Part shown: in pieces, positions 49,701 through 62,277 of the stretch
How positions within the stretch are numbered: position 1 is the stretch's first letter
Layout: every line of letters begins with the position of its first letter
Assembly: GCA_964016885.1 (NCBI GenBank)
Contig: OZ024748.1
Location: 42,780,001-42,844,000 of the forward strand
DNA length: 64,000 bases
Reading direction: 5' to 3'
Origin: Eledone cirrhosa
Lineage: Eukaryota
Notes under the pieces: generated by a model
The model's input: the letters and a program-made list of their open reading frames with translations, nothing else
What the model was told of the DNA's origin: nothing
The model's database searches: none
Made by a program: the position numbers and the translations under genes

Positions 49701-52700
49701 TCCAAATTCTGGATTATTTTCAAAATGATTTGAAAAAAAACACAAAGACAGTCTTTCCTTAGAAATATAACAACAAAAGGGTTAAAGTATATTTAATTGT
49801 TCTGTTGACTAAATAAACACACAGTATCATATCTGTTTGTATTTAGTGTGACATTACACTGGAACAAACTCTAGACAATTAACTAATTACTTCTGGTGTT
49901 TAATGTAATTAATTTAGCTAAGTTAATGTCAAGTAAATATCAATGGTTGGGAAACATCACTTCCTTGTTAGTAATAATAAACTAGAGAGAAATATGTCAC
50001 TGGATTAAATATAGGTGGAACATGGTGGGAAGCTGCAGTAGAGGAAGACCTGGGTAGAGATATGGAGGAAAGCTGCAGTAGAGGAAGACCTGGGCAGAGA
50101 TATGGAGGGAAGCCGCAGTAGAGGAAGACCTAGGTAGAGATATGGAGGGAAGCTGCAGTAGAGGAAGACCTGGGAAGAGATATGAAGGGAAGCTGCAGTA
50201 GAAGAAGACCTGGGCAGAGATATGGAGGGAAGCCGCAGTAGAGGAAGTCCTGGGAAGAGATATGGAGGGAAGCTGCAGTAGAGGAAGACCTGGGAAGAGA
50301 TATGGAGGGAAGCTGCAGTAGAGGAAGTCCTGGGAAGAGATATGGAGGGAAGCTGCAGTAGAGGAAGTCCTGGGAAGAGATATGGAGGGAAGCTGCAGTA
50401 GAGGAAGTCCTGGGAAGAGATATGGAGGGAAGCTGCAGTAGAGGAAGTCCTGGGAAGAGATATGGAGGGAAGCTGCAGTAGAGGAAGACCTGGGAAGAGA
50501 TATGGAGGGAAGCTGCAGTAGAGGAAGTCCTGGGAAGAGATATGGAGGGAAGCTGCAGTAGAGGAAGACTTGGGCAGAGATATGGAGGGAAGCTGCAGTA
50601 GAGGAAGTCCTGGGAAGAGATATGGAGGGAAGCTGCAGTAGAGGAAGTCCTGGGAAGAGATATGGAGGGAAGCTGCAGTAGAGGAAGACTTGGGCAGAGA
50701 TATGGAGGGAAGCTGCAGTAGAGGAAGACTTGGGCAGAGATATGGAGGGAAGCTGCAGTAGAGGAAGTCCTGGGAAGAGATATGGAGGGAAGCTGCAGTA
50801 GAGGAAGACCTGGGAAGAGATATGGAGGGAAGCTGCAGTAGAGGAAGACCTGGGAAGAGATATGGAGGGAAGCTGCAGTAGAGGAAGACCTGGGAAGAGA
50901 TATGGAGGGAAGCTGCAGTAGAGGAAGACCTGGGCAGAGATATGGAGGGAAGCTGCAGTAGAGGAAGACCTGGGAAGAGATATGGAGGGAAGCTGCAGTA
51001 GAGGAAGACTTGGGCAGAGATATGGAGGGAAGCTGCAGTAGAGGAAGACCTGGGAAGAGATATGGAGGGAAGCTGCAGTAGAGGAAGACTTGGGCAGAGA
51101 TATGGAGGGAAGCTGCAGTAGAGGAAGACCTGGGAAGAGATATGGAGGGAAGCTGCAGTAGAGGAAGACCTGGGCAGAGATATGGAGGGAAGCTGCAGTA
51201 GAGGAAGACCTGGGAAGAGATATGGAGGGAAGCTGCAGTAGAGGAAGACTTGGGCAGAGATATGGAGGGAAGCTGCAGTAGAGGAAGTCCTGGGAAGAGA
51301 TATGGAGGGAAGCTGCAGTAGAGGAAGACCTGGGAAGAGATATGGAGGGAAGCTGCAGTAGAGGAAGACCTGGGCAGAGATATGGAGGGAAGCTGCAGTA
51401 GAGGAAGACCTGGGAAGAGATATGGAGGGAAGCCGCAGTAGAGGAAGATCTGGGCAGAGATATGGAGGGAAGCTGCAGTAGAGGAAGTCCTGGGCAGAGA
51501 TATGGAGGGAAGCTGCAGTAGAGGAAGACCTTGGCAGAAATATGGAGGGAAGCTGCAGTAGAGGAAGACCTTGGCAGAAATATGGAGGGAAGCTGCAGTA
51601 GAGGAAGACCTGGGAAGAGATATGGAGGGAAGCTGCAGTAGAGGAAGACCTTGGCAGAAATATGGAGGGAAGCTGCAGTAGAGGAAGACCTGGGAAGAGA
51701 TATGGAGGGAAGCTGCAGTAGAGGAAGACTTGGGCAGAGATATGGAGGGAAGCCGCAGTAGAGGAAGACCTGGGAAGAGATATGGAGGGAAGCTGCAGTA
51801 GAGGAAGACCTGGGCAGAGATATTGGGGGAAGCTGCAGTAGAGGAAGACCTGGGCAGAGATATGGAGGAAAGCCGCAGTAGAGGAAGATCTGGGCAGAGA
51901 TATGGAGGGAAGCTGCAGTAGAGGAAGTCCTGGGCAGAGATATGGAGAGAAGCTGCAGTAGAGGAAGACCTGGGCAGAGATATGGAGAGAAGCTGCAGTA
52001 GAGGAAGACCTTGGCAGAAATATGGAGGGAAGCTGCAGTAGAGGAAGACCTGGGCAGAGATATGGAGGGAAGCTGCAGTAGAGGAAGACCTGGGCAGAGG
52101 TGGTGAGTGCTGAGACTCAATAAACTACAGAGAAATATGTCACTGGATATAGGGAACCTCATAAAATGAAACTGGAATATGGAGGGAAGCTGCAGTAGAG
52201 GAAGACCATCAAAGACCTGTGTTGATGAGGACATGTGATGAGCATGGATGATGATCTATGGGTGAAGAAGAGACAGGAAATCTGAGTAGAAGGAAGCCCC
52301 AAAAACTGGGCAGATGTGGTGAGAGCTGACCTCAGTGGTGAGAGCTGACTTTAGTGGTGAGAGCTGACCTGTGGTGAGAGCTGACCTCAGTGGTGAGACC
52401 CAAGGAATGGGATGAGTGGAGAGATGTTGTATTGGGAAGGACCTGTTTAACTCATGCAAGCAGGGACAAATGGACATAAAAACGATGATGATGATGGTGA
52501 TGACGATGGTGATAACGATGGAGGTGATTGTGATGATGATGGTGGTGATTGTGATGATGATGGTGGTGATGATGGAGATGATGATTGAGATGTTGATGAT
52601 GGTGATGATGATGGAGATGATTATGATGATGGTTGAGATGTTGATGATGGTGATGCTGGTGATGATGGTGATGATGGTGGTGGTGGTGATGGTGATGGTG

Positions 52701-55700
52701 GTGATGATGATGATGGTGATGATGATGGTGATGATGATGATGATTGAGATGATGATGATGGTGATAGTGGCGGTGATGATTGAGATGATGATGATGATGA
52801 TGGTGACAGTGACGATGTTGATGGAGATGAGATTATGATGATGATGATCGAGATGTTGATGATTGTGATGATGGTGATGACGATGGAGATGATTATGATG
52901 ATGATCGAGATTGTGATGATGGTGATGATGGTGATGACGATGGAGATGATTATGATGATGATGGTGGTGATTGTGATGATGATGAATACAAACCAAGAAA
53001 TCTTCTGTTAAGTCCCAAAGATTGTGGATAACTTTCAGTCGAGCCTGCCTTGATTCCAGCTCAGATAAGGAATAGGAAGAAACAACTAAATTATACAATT
53101 TCTGAAAATGGAAAAAAATAAATATATTTAAACAAACAATCTATTTTTAAAAATGTTGGTTATTTACATTGTTTAACTGGAAACATACTCAAGAGGGTTT
53201 CCAACTATATTTGTAACTTTGTTAATTTTCTATGTACAGACTTGACATTTTGTCGGCAGGTGTTGAAATATTTACAATTAAATATTTTTACCTAATTTTT
53301 TCCTTTTTTTTTTTGGTTAAATTTGATTTTTTTATGGGACAATTCAGTTAAATTCAACACAAACAAATAACAGAGATTCAATAGCTGCCGGGTCACTGCA
53401 TCCTTCAAAACTTTCATCCGCCCCGAAATTCACCAACACTACACCAAATATTCCCCCTCCCCCACCGTGTGTATATGTGTAGTCTGTGGTGTATGTCTAT
53501 GTGTGTGTGTATATCATGACTCATTACACTGTTCGCTTTCCTGACATTTGTACATTATTCTATGTACTATACGTACACCTTTGATGAGTTGTAGTGCACC
53601 TGAGCACTGTACACAATAATTTTTGTTATATATTATAAAAGTATCATAGCAATAACAATAGCAACAGATACATACATCTTTCTGGGAAGGCATAAACTGT
53701 CTTAAATAAACCCCTGATATATGCATTTCCTTCTGTTCTTCGCCATCTGAAAGACAAAACAACATTTTAAAGTTAAACATTAATAGTTATTTATTTTTCA
53801 AATGTTGAATCCTATTTTTATATTTTACACAAATAATTTTCTGAATAATCTTTTGAATGAAACAGTTCTAGTCCTGTAGAAGACATTTCTATATATATAT
53901 ATATATATACATACACGACAGTCTTCTGCAGTTTTCATCTACCAAATTCCACACACAAGACATTGGTCAACCTGAGGCTATGGTAGAAAACATTAGCCCA
54001 AGATGCCATGAAAAATCACATTGTTGTGAAGTAAACCTCTTAACTACACAGCCATATCTAAAGTCTAAAGTCTGTCTCAAGCCCGGGGGCTCAATAGGCC
54101 GGTACTTATCTCGGTTTCTTTGGTGTGATGCAACTGAGAGTACAAGACTCCCCTCCTGGACAAGGATGCCAGTCCATTGCAGGGTTGAACCACCAGCTGC
54201 TGCTGGTACTCATTTTCAGCTGAGTATACTGGAGCAATGTGAAATGAAATGTTTTGGTCAAGAACACAACACAGAACCCAGCCCAGGAATCAAACCCACA
54301 ACATTATGACCATAAGTCCAACACTCTTACCACTAAGCCACACACCTTCACTACACACAGCCATATCTTCACCTATAAATTATTTATAATTAATATAATC
54401 ATCCAGCAAATGTCATTAAGTTTTAAAACGCTCCATTTTCTAATGACTTACCTTGTAGTAACAACCGACACAGGATATTCATATCAGCAGATGCATCATG
54501 GGAAAAATATTCAAAAATATTTCTATTCCATATTTTATTACAGGCCCTGTAATATAAGATTAACTGCTGTTGAAGGCTGTTAATAAATGTATATGGATGT
54601 ATATATATATGTGTGTATATATTACAGGCCCTGTAATATAAGATTAACTACTGTTGAAGGCTGTTAATAAATGTATATAGATGTGTGTGTGTATATAGGG
54701 TAGGCCAAGTTAACATGGATGTATATATATATATATATGTGTATATATTACAGGCCCTGTAATATAAGATTAACTGCTGTTGAACGCTGTTGATAAATGT
54801 ATATAGATGTATATATATGCATATACACACACATATATTTATACATCCATGTTAACTTGGTCAACCCTATATACACACATCACCATCATCGTTAAACGAT
54901 GATGATGATGATGTGTGTATATAGGGTTGACCAAGCTTACGTGGATGTCATCATCATTTCATTTTACGTCCACTTTTCCCTGCTTGCAAGGGTGGGACGG
55001 GAACTGATTCTGGCTCGATTTCTACAGCTGGATGCACTCCCTAACACCAACCTCATTTGCAGTGAGTGCTGGGTGCTTTTTTGCCGTGGCACCTCCACGA
55101 CCACTTTGCAGTGGAATGATATGGACTCCAGTCCTTATCTCATTTCTACAGCTGAGTAAACTGGAGCAATGTGAAATAAAGTGTCTTGCTCAAGGAAACA
55201 ACACATCACCCAGTCTGAGAATTGAACTCACAACCTTTCGATTGCAAGGTCAATGCTCTAACCACTAAGCCATGTGCCTCCACATAGATGTATATATATA
55301 TATGTGTGTGTGTATATGGTTGACCAAGCTTACATGTGTATATATATGTGTATATATATTACAGGCTCTGTCATATAAGAAGATTAACTGCTGTTGAAGA
55401 CCATATTAATAAATGTACAGGGATGTTGTATATGTGTGTGTGTATATAAGGTTGACCAAGCTCACATGTGTATATATATATATATGTGTGTATATAAGGT
55501 TGACCAAGCTCACATGTGTGTATATATATATGTGTGTATATAAGGTTGACCAAGCTCACATGTATATATATATATATATGTGTGTATATAGGGTTGACCA
55601 AGCTCATATGTGTATATATATAAGGTTGACCAAGCTCACATGTGTGTATATATATATGTGTGTATATAGGGTTGACCAAGCTCACATGTGTGTATATATA

Positions 55701-58700
55701 TGTGTGTATATAGGGTTGACCAAGCTCACATGTGTGTATATATAAGGTTGACCAAGCTCACATGTGTGTATATATATACGTGTGTATATAGGGTTGACCA
55801 AGCTCACGTGTGTGTATATATATATGTGTGTATATAGGGTTGACCAAGCTCATATGTGTATATATATAAGGTTGACCAAGCTCACATGTGTGTATATATA
55901 TATGTGTGTATATAGGGTTGACCAAGCTCACGTGTGTGTATATATATGTGTGTATATAGGGTTGACCAAGCTCACATGTGTATATATATACGTGTGTATA
56001 TAGGGTTGACCAAGCTCACGTGTGTATATATATGTGTGTATATAGGGTTGACCAAGCTCACATGTGTATATATATATGTGTGTATATAGGGTTGACCAAG
56101 CATACGTGTGTATATATATGTGTGTATATAGGGTTGACCAAGCTCACATGTGTATATATATACGTGTGTATATAGGGTTGACCAAGCTCACGTGTGTATA
56201 TATATGTGTGTATATAGGGTTGACCAAGCTCACATGTGTATATATATATGTGTGTATATAGGGTTGACCAAGCACACGTGTGTATATATATGTGTGTATA
56301 TAGGGTTGACCAAGCTCACGTGTGTATATATATGTGTGTATATAGGGCTGACCAAGCTCACGTGTATACAAGGTTGACCAAGCTCACATGTGTGTATATA
56401 TATATGCGTGTATATAGGGCTGACCAAGCTCACATGTATATAAGGTTGACCAAGCTCACATGTGTATATATATATATATATATATGTGTGTATATAAGGT
56501 TGACCAAGCTCACATGTGTATATATATGTGTGTATATAGGGTTGACCAAGCTCACATGTGTGTATATATATGTGTGTATATAGGGTTGACCATGCTAGAT
56601 TTCACAGCTCTAGAATCTGTTTTTCATAGTCAGCCAATGAACATTTCAGCCGACCCTCGTAAAACATAGGTTTATTGATTTACCATATTGTGGAACCGGT
56701 GCCTGAACCAAAATCAAAAACATTTCTTGGTGTGTAACCTGGAACCCGCTTTACAATCTGTAAGAAATAACAAATTCAGTTATTAGATTTATAGTTTACA
56801 GAGAACAACAATAACAACTGCAGACACCCTCATCTCCCCTCCCTTGTTACCCAAAGTGCCACTCTAAGCCCCAAACTATGCCCAATTCTTCCTTACCAGA
56901 ACATCAAATCTTTGAATTCCCTTTCAGAACACATTTTCCATGCAAACATCAACTCACAGATGTTAAAACTGAATACGAACCCTATTGATCGCACCAATTT
57001 ATGAAGGCCTGCAAAAGACATAGGCACTGCCCCTCCCTCCTCATTAAAACCATTAAACATGCTTAACCCTTTAGCATTCACATTACTCTATATATACTAT
57101 TGTACTTTCATGGCAAAGGTTTTACCTCACATAATATCGATTCTATGAGAATTTGATATTATTTATTTTGAGAAAAATACCTTAATGTCTGTATGAGTGG
57201 CCAGTTATGACTGGTTTGAACAGAAAGGTGAGAGAATTCTGGCCGGATATGACCGGTTTAAATACTAAAGGGTTAAACTATACCTACCTCATTAAGACAC
57301 TGGAGAGTTACAGCGTAATTTGAAGGCATACGGGTGGTCATATAAAGAAAACTTTTATAAGCGTCATACCTGTAACATACAAGAAAAGTTTTAATGATAA
57401 AAATTATTGGTACCATTTCTTGAAGAGAGTATCTTTATCACCGTTTAACGTCCATTTTCCATGCTTGCATGGATTAGATGGGTCACCCATGTCGAGAGAC
57501 ATTTCATTATAAAAACGGTCTGCTGGCATTGTGCCAAAAGTAGAAACCATTCTAAATAGGGTCATGAATGGGTTAAACAATTTATATTTAATTAATGCAG
57601 AATTTTGAAGGATTTACTCAAATGATTAATTATTTCATTCCTAATCCTCCTCCTCATCATCATCATCAGCATTTTAACGTCTATTGTTCCACGCTTGCAT
57701 GGGTTGGATGGGTCCTTCTATTGAAAGTGCAGCAAAAATGGACGTAAAAACGATGATGATGATGATGATAACTAGGAGCAAAAAATATGGTTCTTGTATA
57801 ATATCATGTTGGAAGATATAAATTTATATAGGAATCATTTCAAATAGGTGATTTTCTTCAATAGAACCAGGGCTGGTTTTGGCTGGTTTCCTCTGCCAGT
57901 TTTGGTTGGTTTAAGCCAGTTTTGGCCGGTTTTAGCCAGTTTTGGTCAGTTTTGACCAGTTTGGTATCAAAAAGGTTAAACAGTTTAATATACAATAAAA
58001 ATTCTGGGGTTTATTGTTAGGGGACACAATTTGGGAGAGTTTGATGAATTAGGATGTATTTTAGGCACATTTTACTGTCGGTTTATAAAGATAATAATAA
58101 GGTTTACATACTTAATACTTTGCCAGTTATAGGTTTTTTCCTTCATTAAAGAAACAATTTTTTGTTGTAACTTTCTCTCCAAAATATCTTCATTTGATTT
58201 CTGTGACTTTTCTAAAGATAAACAAAAACAAATATATGAATAAATAAATAGTAAATGTATAAAAAAACAAAACAAAAAAAATAAGATAGAAATACAACTA
58301 GGAAATAAATTTAGTTATTTGGAAGCATGACAATGTATGTGTGTGTGTGTGGGGGGGGGGGGGGGGGGTATTAGGGCTAAGGTGAGAAGAATTTGAGAAA
58401 ATAGATAGAGAAAAGAAGAAATGGAACTGAGATAAGAGTGAGAATGATAGAAAGTTACTTTAGTAATTTTAATGATCCCTAATCATCATCATCTTCGTTT
58501 AACGTCCATTTTCCATGCTAGCATGGGTTAGACGGGAGCTGTCCCATTTGAGGCAAGGTTGGTCGGGTGACCGTGTCTCGCTCATATAGGACTATCTGGC
58601 AGGTTTTCTACGGCTGGATGCCCTTCCTAACACCAACCACATTTACAGTGTGGAACTGGGAACTTGTACCATACCTACACGGCCACATTACAGCGTAGAC

Positions 58701-60147
58701 TGTGTGTTTTTTTTGTCGTGACACCTACACGATCTCGATCTCATTTTCTCGTGCTGTTGGTGGGAGTGGGAGGATAGGGTAGGGGTAGTGGATTGGGGTG
58801 TATATTTGGTTAAGAGGTGCCTACTGACTGTAGGTTTCGCTCCAACGGAGCATGCATGCTTCGTTCCTTTCCAGTCTACGCAGGTCCTCTGCACGTAATG
58901 CCCATGTCTCACTGCCATGTAGCATTGCTGTTCGTATACAGGCATCATACAATCTGCCTTTCATTTTTAGAGAGAAACCTTTTGTGGCCAACAGCGGTAT
59001 AAGCTCTCTGAACTTTTTTCATCCCGTTCTGACTCTGGCTACTGTACTTTCAGAACACCCTCCACCACTGCTGATTTCGTCACCCAGGTAACGGAAAGGG
59101 TCTACTATTTCTATAGAACCATCTGGGCAATGGAAGGAGCTAGTATCCTTTGGACACTTGCTACTTATTGCACCTGGGCATTGGCCACATATAAAGTCTA
59201 CGTTCTTAGATAGTTTACCTGTGATCCCACTACATCTTTTATGCACCCATACTTTGCATTTGGGACATAAAATGGAATTTCTGCCTACTCCTTTCCTACA
59301 CACTGAGCATGGCCATTTCCCTGAGGGCACCTGTGCCCTATTTTCCTTTCTACAAACTAGAACTTTAGTCTTAGACGAGTTAACTTTAAGGCCTTTTGAT
59401 TCTAGGCCATGCTTCCATGTTTTGAATTTCTTCTCTAGTTCAGCCATTGATTCAGCTATGAGCGTTATATTTTCGGATTTACCATCCTTTATCAAGGGGA
59501 GTCCTCAGAATCCAGGGAGGCGGACATAACTGGTCCCATCTACCCCCTAATTTCAACTGATAACTGGGCCCCTTCTATCCCTATATCAGTCATATAACTA
59601 CTCCCAAATAAAAGAGTGAGGACCATAAGCAGGACCTATATGAGAGGGGGTCCAGCTGGTCCTTTGTTCCGGGACCCAAGAGCTAAGAAGGTCCCACAGC
59701 AATCATACAACATCCATTTTGAGAAAAATCTTTGCCTGCTTCAGGCCCCAAAGGGGTGTTGTACAGCCTTGTAATATTTCTCTTGGAAGCCCTGACAATA
59801 AGGATGAAAGGCAAAGTTGACTTCAGCAGGATTTGAACTCAGAATATAAAGAGCCAAACCAAATACTGCAATGGCATTTTATATCGACGCTCTACCGATT
59901 CTGCCAATCCACCAACCTTACTGAAAAGAATAATTAATATATAAACCCATTGTATTAAAACATCTTTCAATATCTTACTGTTGTCTTCCAAAACTTTGGC
60001 AGATATTTCTTTTAATTTCTTCTTCTTTTCATTTATTTCCAGTGGTACTTGCCGAGACCACAGAAACCGGGCAAAACTTTCAGAAGATTCTACAAGATTT
60101 TTCAGAGGATATTCTGGCAAAATAAAATAATAATAATAATAATAATA

Positions 60148-60206
<59 letters not shown>

Positions 60207-62277
60207 TAAGTAATTTTCTTGATTTGGAATGTTATAAAAAAATCATAATCTTAACATTATGTATAATATATATTATATATAATATATGTTGATATATAAT
60301 ATATATATATATAGTTATTATAAACTGATATATTCAGTCTTGTGAAAGCAGGTGGCTTAGTGGTTACATAGATGGACAGATAGGTAGATAGAGAGAGAGA
60401 TAGTCATATATAGACACATAGATAGATAAATTTCTTTATTAGCCACAAGGGCACAAAAGAAGGGGACAAATACAAATGAGGAGTTTACATACAGGTATAT
60501 GAAAATAAAACTATTAATAAAATAACAAATAACAATTGAAATCGCAATAGGGGGGAGGCGTTATACAAGGGTTGTACACACCCCGAAAAAATGTACAACC
60601 CTCATCTCCAGGAGCACCAAGAGTGAGTACTCCCCTCCTCTCTTTCTCTTCTTCCTCAACCTACAGGTTTATATAGAGCGAAGGCCCAACCACTCGGGCC
60701 ATCTTTGCCACATTCACCCACCTTTTATAAAATTTGCTGGGGTACAGCATCTCTCTCTCTCCATCCTGATTCTTCTTCCAAAATGATATTTGAAAAAACG
60801 AATCAGTTGCTCGCCGGAGAGAAAGGTGTCTGACCTCAGCCCTTTTAACCTCGTCCACCATAGCCATAACACATAGGAAAACCGCCCCTCCTTCGTTTTT
60901 GAAGGAGGGTGGCGGTTTGATCATGACAATGGACTCGGTGGTCAACTGGATTGGTCTAGATAGATAGATAGACAAATACATATATAAATAAATAGATATA
61001 TTTCTTTATTAGCCACAGGGGCACAAAAGAAGGGGACAAATACAAAGGGGGAAGTTTACATACAATAAAAACGTGTAAAATGTTATCACAGATGGAATTT
61101 AAAAGTTAGTCGATTTTCCCCAATAGAGGGAGACAGTTTATATGGGTAACACATACCCCCGAAAAAATGTGCAACCCTCATCTCCAGGAGTACGAAGAGC
61201 TTGTACTCCTTTCCTCTCCTCCTCCTTTTCCTCAATCTACAGGCTGATATAGAGAGAAGGCCCATTCACTCGGGCCATTCTCGCCACTTTCACCCACCTT
61301 TCATAAAACTTGCTGGGGTACAGCACCTCTCTCTCCATCCTGATTCTTCTTCCAAAGTGGTATTTGAAAAAAAGAATCAGTTGTTGGCCGGAAAGAAAGG
61401 TGTCTGACCTCAGCCCTTTCAACCTTGTCCACCATACAACCTCTTTCGCCATAGCTATCACACAAAGGAAAACCGCCTCTCCTTCGTTTTTGAAGGAGGG
61501 TGGCGGTTTGATCATGACAATGGACTCGGTGGTCAACTGGATTGGTCCCACCCGCGACAATAGTCGTTCTACATATCCCCACAGGTCAGTGACGCCCGGG
61601 CAGTGTATGAATGCGTGCGCGACGGTTTCTTCGTCTCGCACGCACCTCGGACAGATCTTTTTTGCAGGGTCCCTGCCCGGGCGCCCATGTCTGTAGAGCT
61701 TGTCTCGAACTGGTAGAGCTCCTCGGTAGCACTGCCAGGCCAGGGACTTTTGGAAGTTGTCCATCGGTCCCGGGCGGAAGGTCCTACCGAACAGACTGGC
61801 CAGTTCATCTTCCTCCACGCCTAGAGTTTCACCGAGCGCGTCGTCGCACTTGCTGCGGACCAACCCTCTATAGAATGACGAAGTGGAGTCTCCACTGATC
61901 CACTATATAAATAAATAGATAGACAGTCAGTCAGATAGAGATAAATAGATAGATAGATTCAAACAGGTAGACAGGTAGACAGATAAATACATAGTCAGTT
62001 AGATAGGTAGATAGATACAGAGAAACAAGGACCAAGAGAAAAGTGAAGAGAAAGAAGAATCTGCTCCATGTTGGAGGTGATGGAGGAAGAGGAAGGTTAA
62101 AAGATATTTACTTTCAATCAAAATGTTGACTGTATTCTCTAGCCGGCTTGATATAGTAATACATTTGCTTCTTAAACTACCAGAATGTGATATGACAACA
62201 CCACTAGGTTTCGACTCAATATGACTTTCAGGATCAATTCTGGTTTCAGAAGTTATAAATTTTGATGCGTGTCTCAA
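43562..62277 (-). CDS. METTL17: METTL17 (Rsm22 family, mitoribosome small-subunit assembly factor); 14 exons found (473 codons including stop), N-terminal exon not located
   Basis: FLWSRQVPLE, KTYNWQSIKY, YMTTRM, VFDFGSGTGS (SAM motif I), GVYLRQFMP, VVSSYSLSEL, IENGTNAGF, VFAPCPHDMSCP...PCNF, WPRIL, LCCPNG, WGDLLP all match human METTL17; GT-AG phases consistent. Confidence 0.95.
43807..44065. repeat. 4 x ~64-bp tandem repeat of a piggyBac-like terminus
   Basis: ttaaccctttagttaccaacc...ctggttctatgaaataaa units. Confidence 0.75.
44135..44345 (+). mobile_element. RTE 3' end (second subfamily)
   Basis: KGSRGRDRPRKTWAEVVRAD followed by (GAT)n. Confidence 0.75.
44455..44581 (-). CDS. METTL17: METTL17 exon
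   Basis: VRREWPRILQSPRKHSKNIHLKLCCPNGEIEHSFLTVKKHGK. Confidence 0.93.
44827..44890 (-). CDS. METTL17: METTL17 exon
   Basis: KKQKITERFCYVILQKKKMKH. Confidence 0.88.
45527..45616 (-). ncRNA. Hammerhead ribozyme motif with long (~60 nt) stem II inside a fold-back unit
   Basis: cttat-CTGAGGA-gct..cgat..cag..tcagga-cgatc/gatcg-tccttga..ctg..atcg..agt-GAAA-CATATG-TA-atatg. Confidence 0.7.
46242..46334 (-). CDS. METTL17: METTL17 exon (Fe-S ligand cysteines)
   Basis: CPHDMSCPMSKETKKIPCNFEITYRHFEFVA. Confidence 0.93.
47069..47110 (-). CDS. METTL17: METTL17 exon
   Basis: KNTDSSEEATVFAP. Confidence 0.88.
47538..48784 (+). mobile_element. Internally deleted piggyBac transposon with a nested SINE A (48543-48722, minus)
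   Basis: TTAA TSDs; TIRs ccctttagtgttca / tgaatgctaaaggg; transposase remnant LDYFFLFL...EEINRYAQQ...NYWSTD...LHLVD (DDE_Tnp_1_7 N-terminus) with frameshifts. Confidence 0.9.
48885..49100 (+). mobile_element. RTE 3' end (second subfamily)
   Basis: VEGRRSRGRPRKTWVEVVRADL, then a tail matching the SINE B tail and (GAT)n. Confidence 0.8.
49229..49297 (-). CDS. METTL17: METTL17 exon
   Basis: IVIENGTNAGFHVISEVRDSILK. Confidence 0.92.
50017..52100. repeat. 40-bp minisatellite (~52 units) derived from the RTE C-terminal coding sequence
   Basis: Unit gaggaagacctgggaagagatatggagggaagctgcagta; array exits into ctgggcagaggtggtgagtgctgag as in 44203-44230 and 48910-48975. Confidence 0.9.
52483..52985. 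repeat. Expanded (GAT/GGT)n RTE tail
   Basis: Follows the RTE 3' end at ~52300-52480. Confidence 0.85.
52994..53101 (-). CDS. METTL17: METTL17 exon
   Basis: KLYNLVVSSYSLSELESRQARLKVIHNLWDLTEDFL. Confidence 0.93.
53676..53746 (-). CDS. METTL17: METTL17 exon
   Basis: DGEEQKEMHISGVYLRQFMPSQKD. Confidence 0.92.
54452..54546 (-). CDS. METTL17: METTL17 exon
   Basis: WACNKIWNRNIFEYFSHDASADMNILCRLLLQ. Confidence 0.92.
54946..55283 (-). mobile_element. SINE family B copy
   Basis: Full length: tRNA head, core, RTE tail. Confidence 0.85.
55300..56595. repeat. ~30-48-bp minisatellite (ggttgaccaagctcaca + TG/TA microsatellite)
   Basis: Direct inspection. Confidence 0.9.
56684..56757 (-). CDS. METTL17: METTL17 exon (SAM-binding motif I)
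   Basis: IVKRVPGYTPRNVFDFGSGTGSTIW. Confidence 0.95.
57063..57276 (+). mobile_element. piggyBac-type MITE
   Basis: TTAA-ccctttagcatt...aatactaaaggg-TTAA. Confidence 0.85.
57288..57369 (-). CDS. METTL17: METTL17 exon
   Basis: YDAYKSFLYMTTRMPSNYAVTLQCLNE. Confidence 0.92.
58112..58211 (-). CDS. METTL17: METTL17 exon
   Basis: KSQKSNEDILERKLQQKIVSLMKEKTYNWQSIK. Confidence 0.9.
58483..59470 (-). mobile_element. RTE LINE fragment (RT end, PHD-like finger, internal deletion, 3' UTR)
   Basis: Near-identical protein to 26460-27090; jumps from ...EACML to the 3' UTR at ~58838. Confidence 0.9.
59979..60113 (-). CDS. METTL17: METTL17 exon
   Basis: YPLKNLVESSESFARFLWSRQVPLEINEKKKKLKEISAKVLEDN. Confidence 0.92.
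60430..60956 (-). mobile_element. L1/Tx1 LINE 3' end (short copy)
   Basis: PIQLTTESIVMIKPPP... shared with the adjacent copy; 3' UTR ending ggctaataaagaaa. Confidence 0.85.
61001..61903 (-). mobile_element. L1/Tx1 LINE 3' end with zf-RVT and an 18-bp target site duplication
   Basis: LAWQCYRGALPVRDKL...CPRCVRDEETVAHAFIHC; tatataaataaatagata at 60981-60998 and 61904-61921. Confidence 0.9.
62112..62277 (-). CDS. METTL17: METTL17 exon (most 5' exon found)
   Basis: ttacag|LRHASKFITSE...SGVVISHSGSL...TVNILIE|gtaaat; only open frame, phase matches the next exon. Confidence 0.75.

Noticed and set aside
49997-52234. 745-aa ORF
   Set aside because: The 40-bp unit is not a multiple of 3; it derives from RTE sequence and is intronic
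52256-52985. His/Ile-rich and Met-rich ORFs
   Set aside because: Read-through of a METTL17 exon into an expanded (GAT)n LINE tail
55300-56595. CRISPR-like array (ggttgaccaagctcaca)
   Set aside because: The spacers are TG/TA slippage variants
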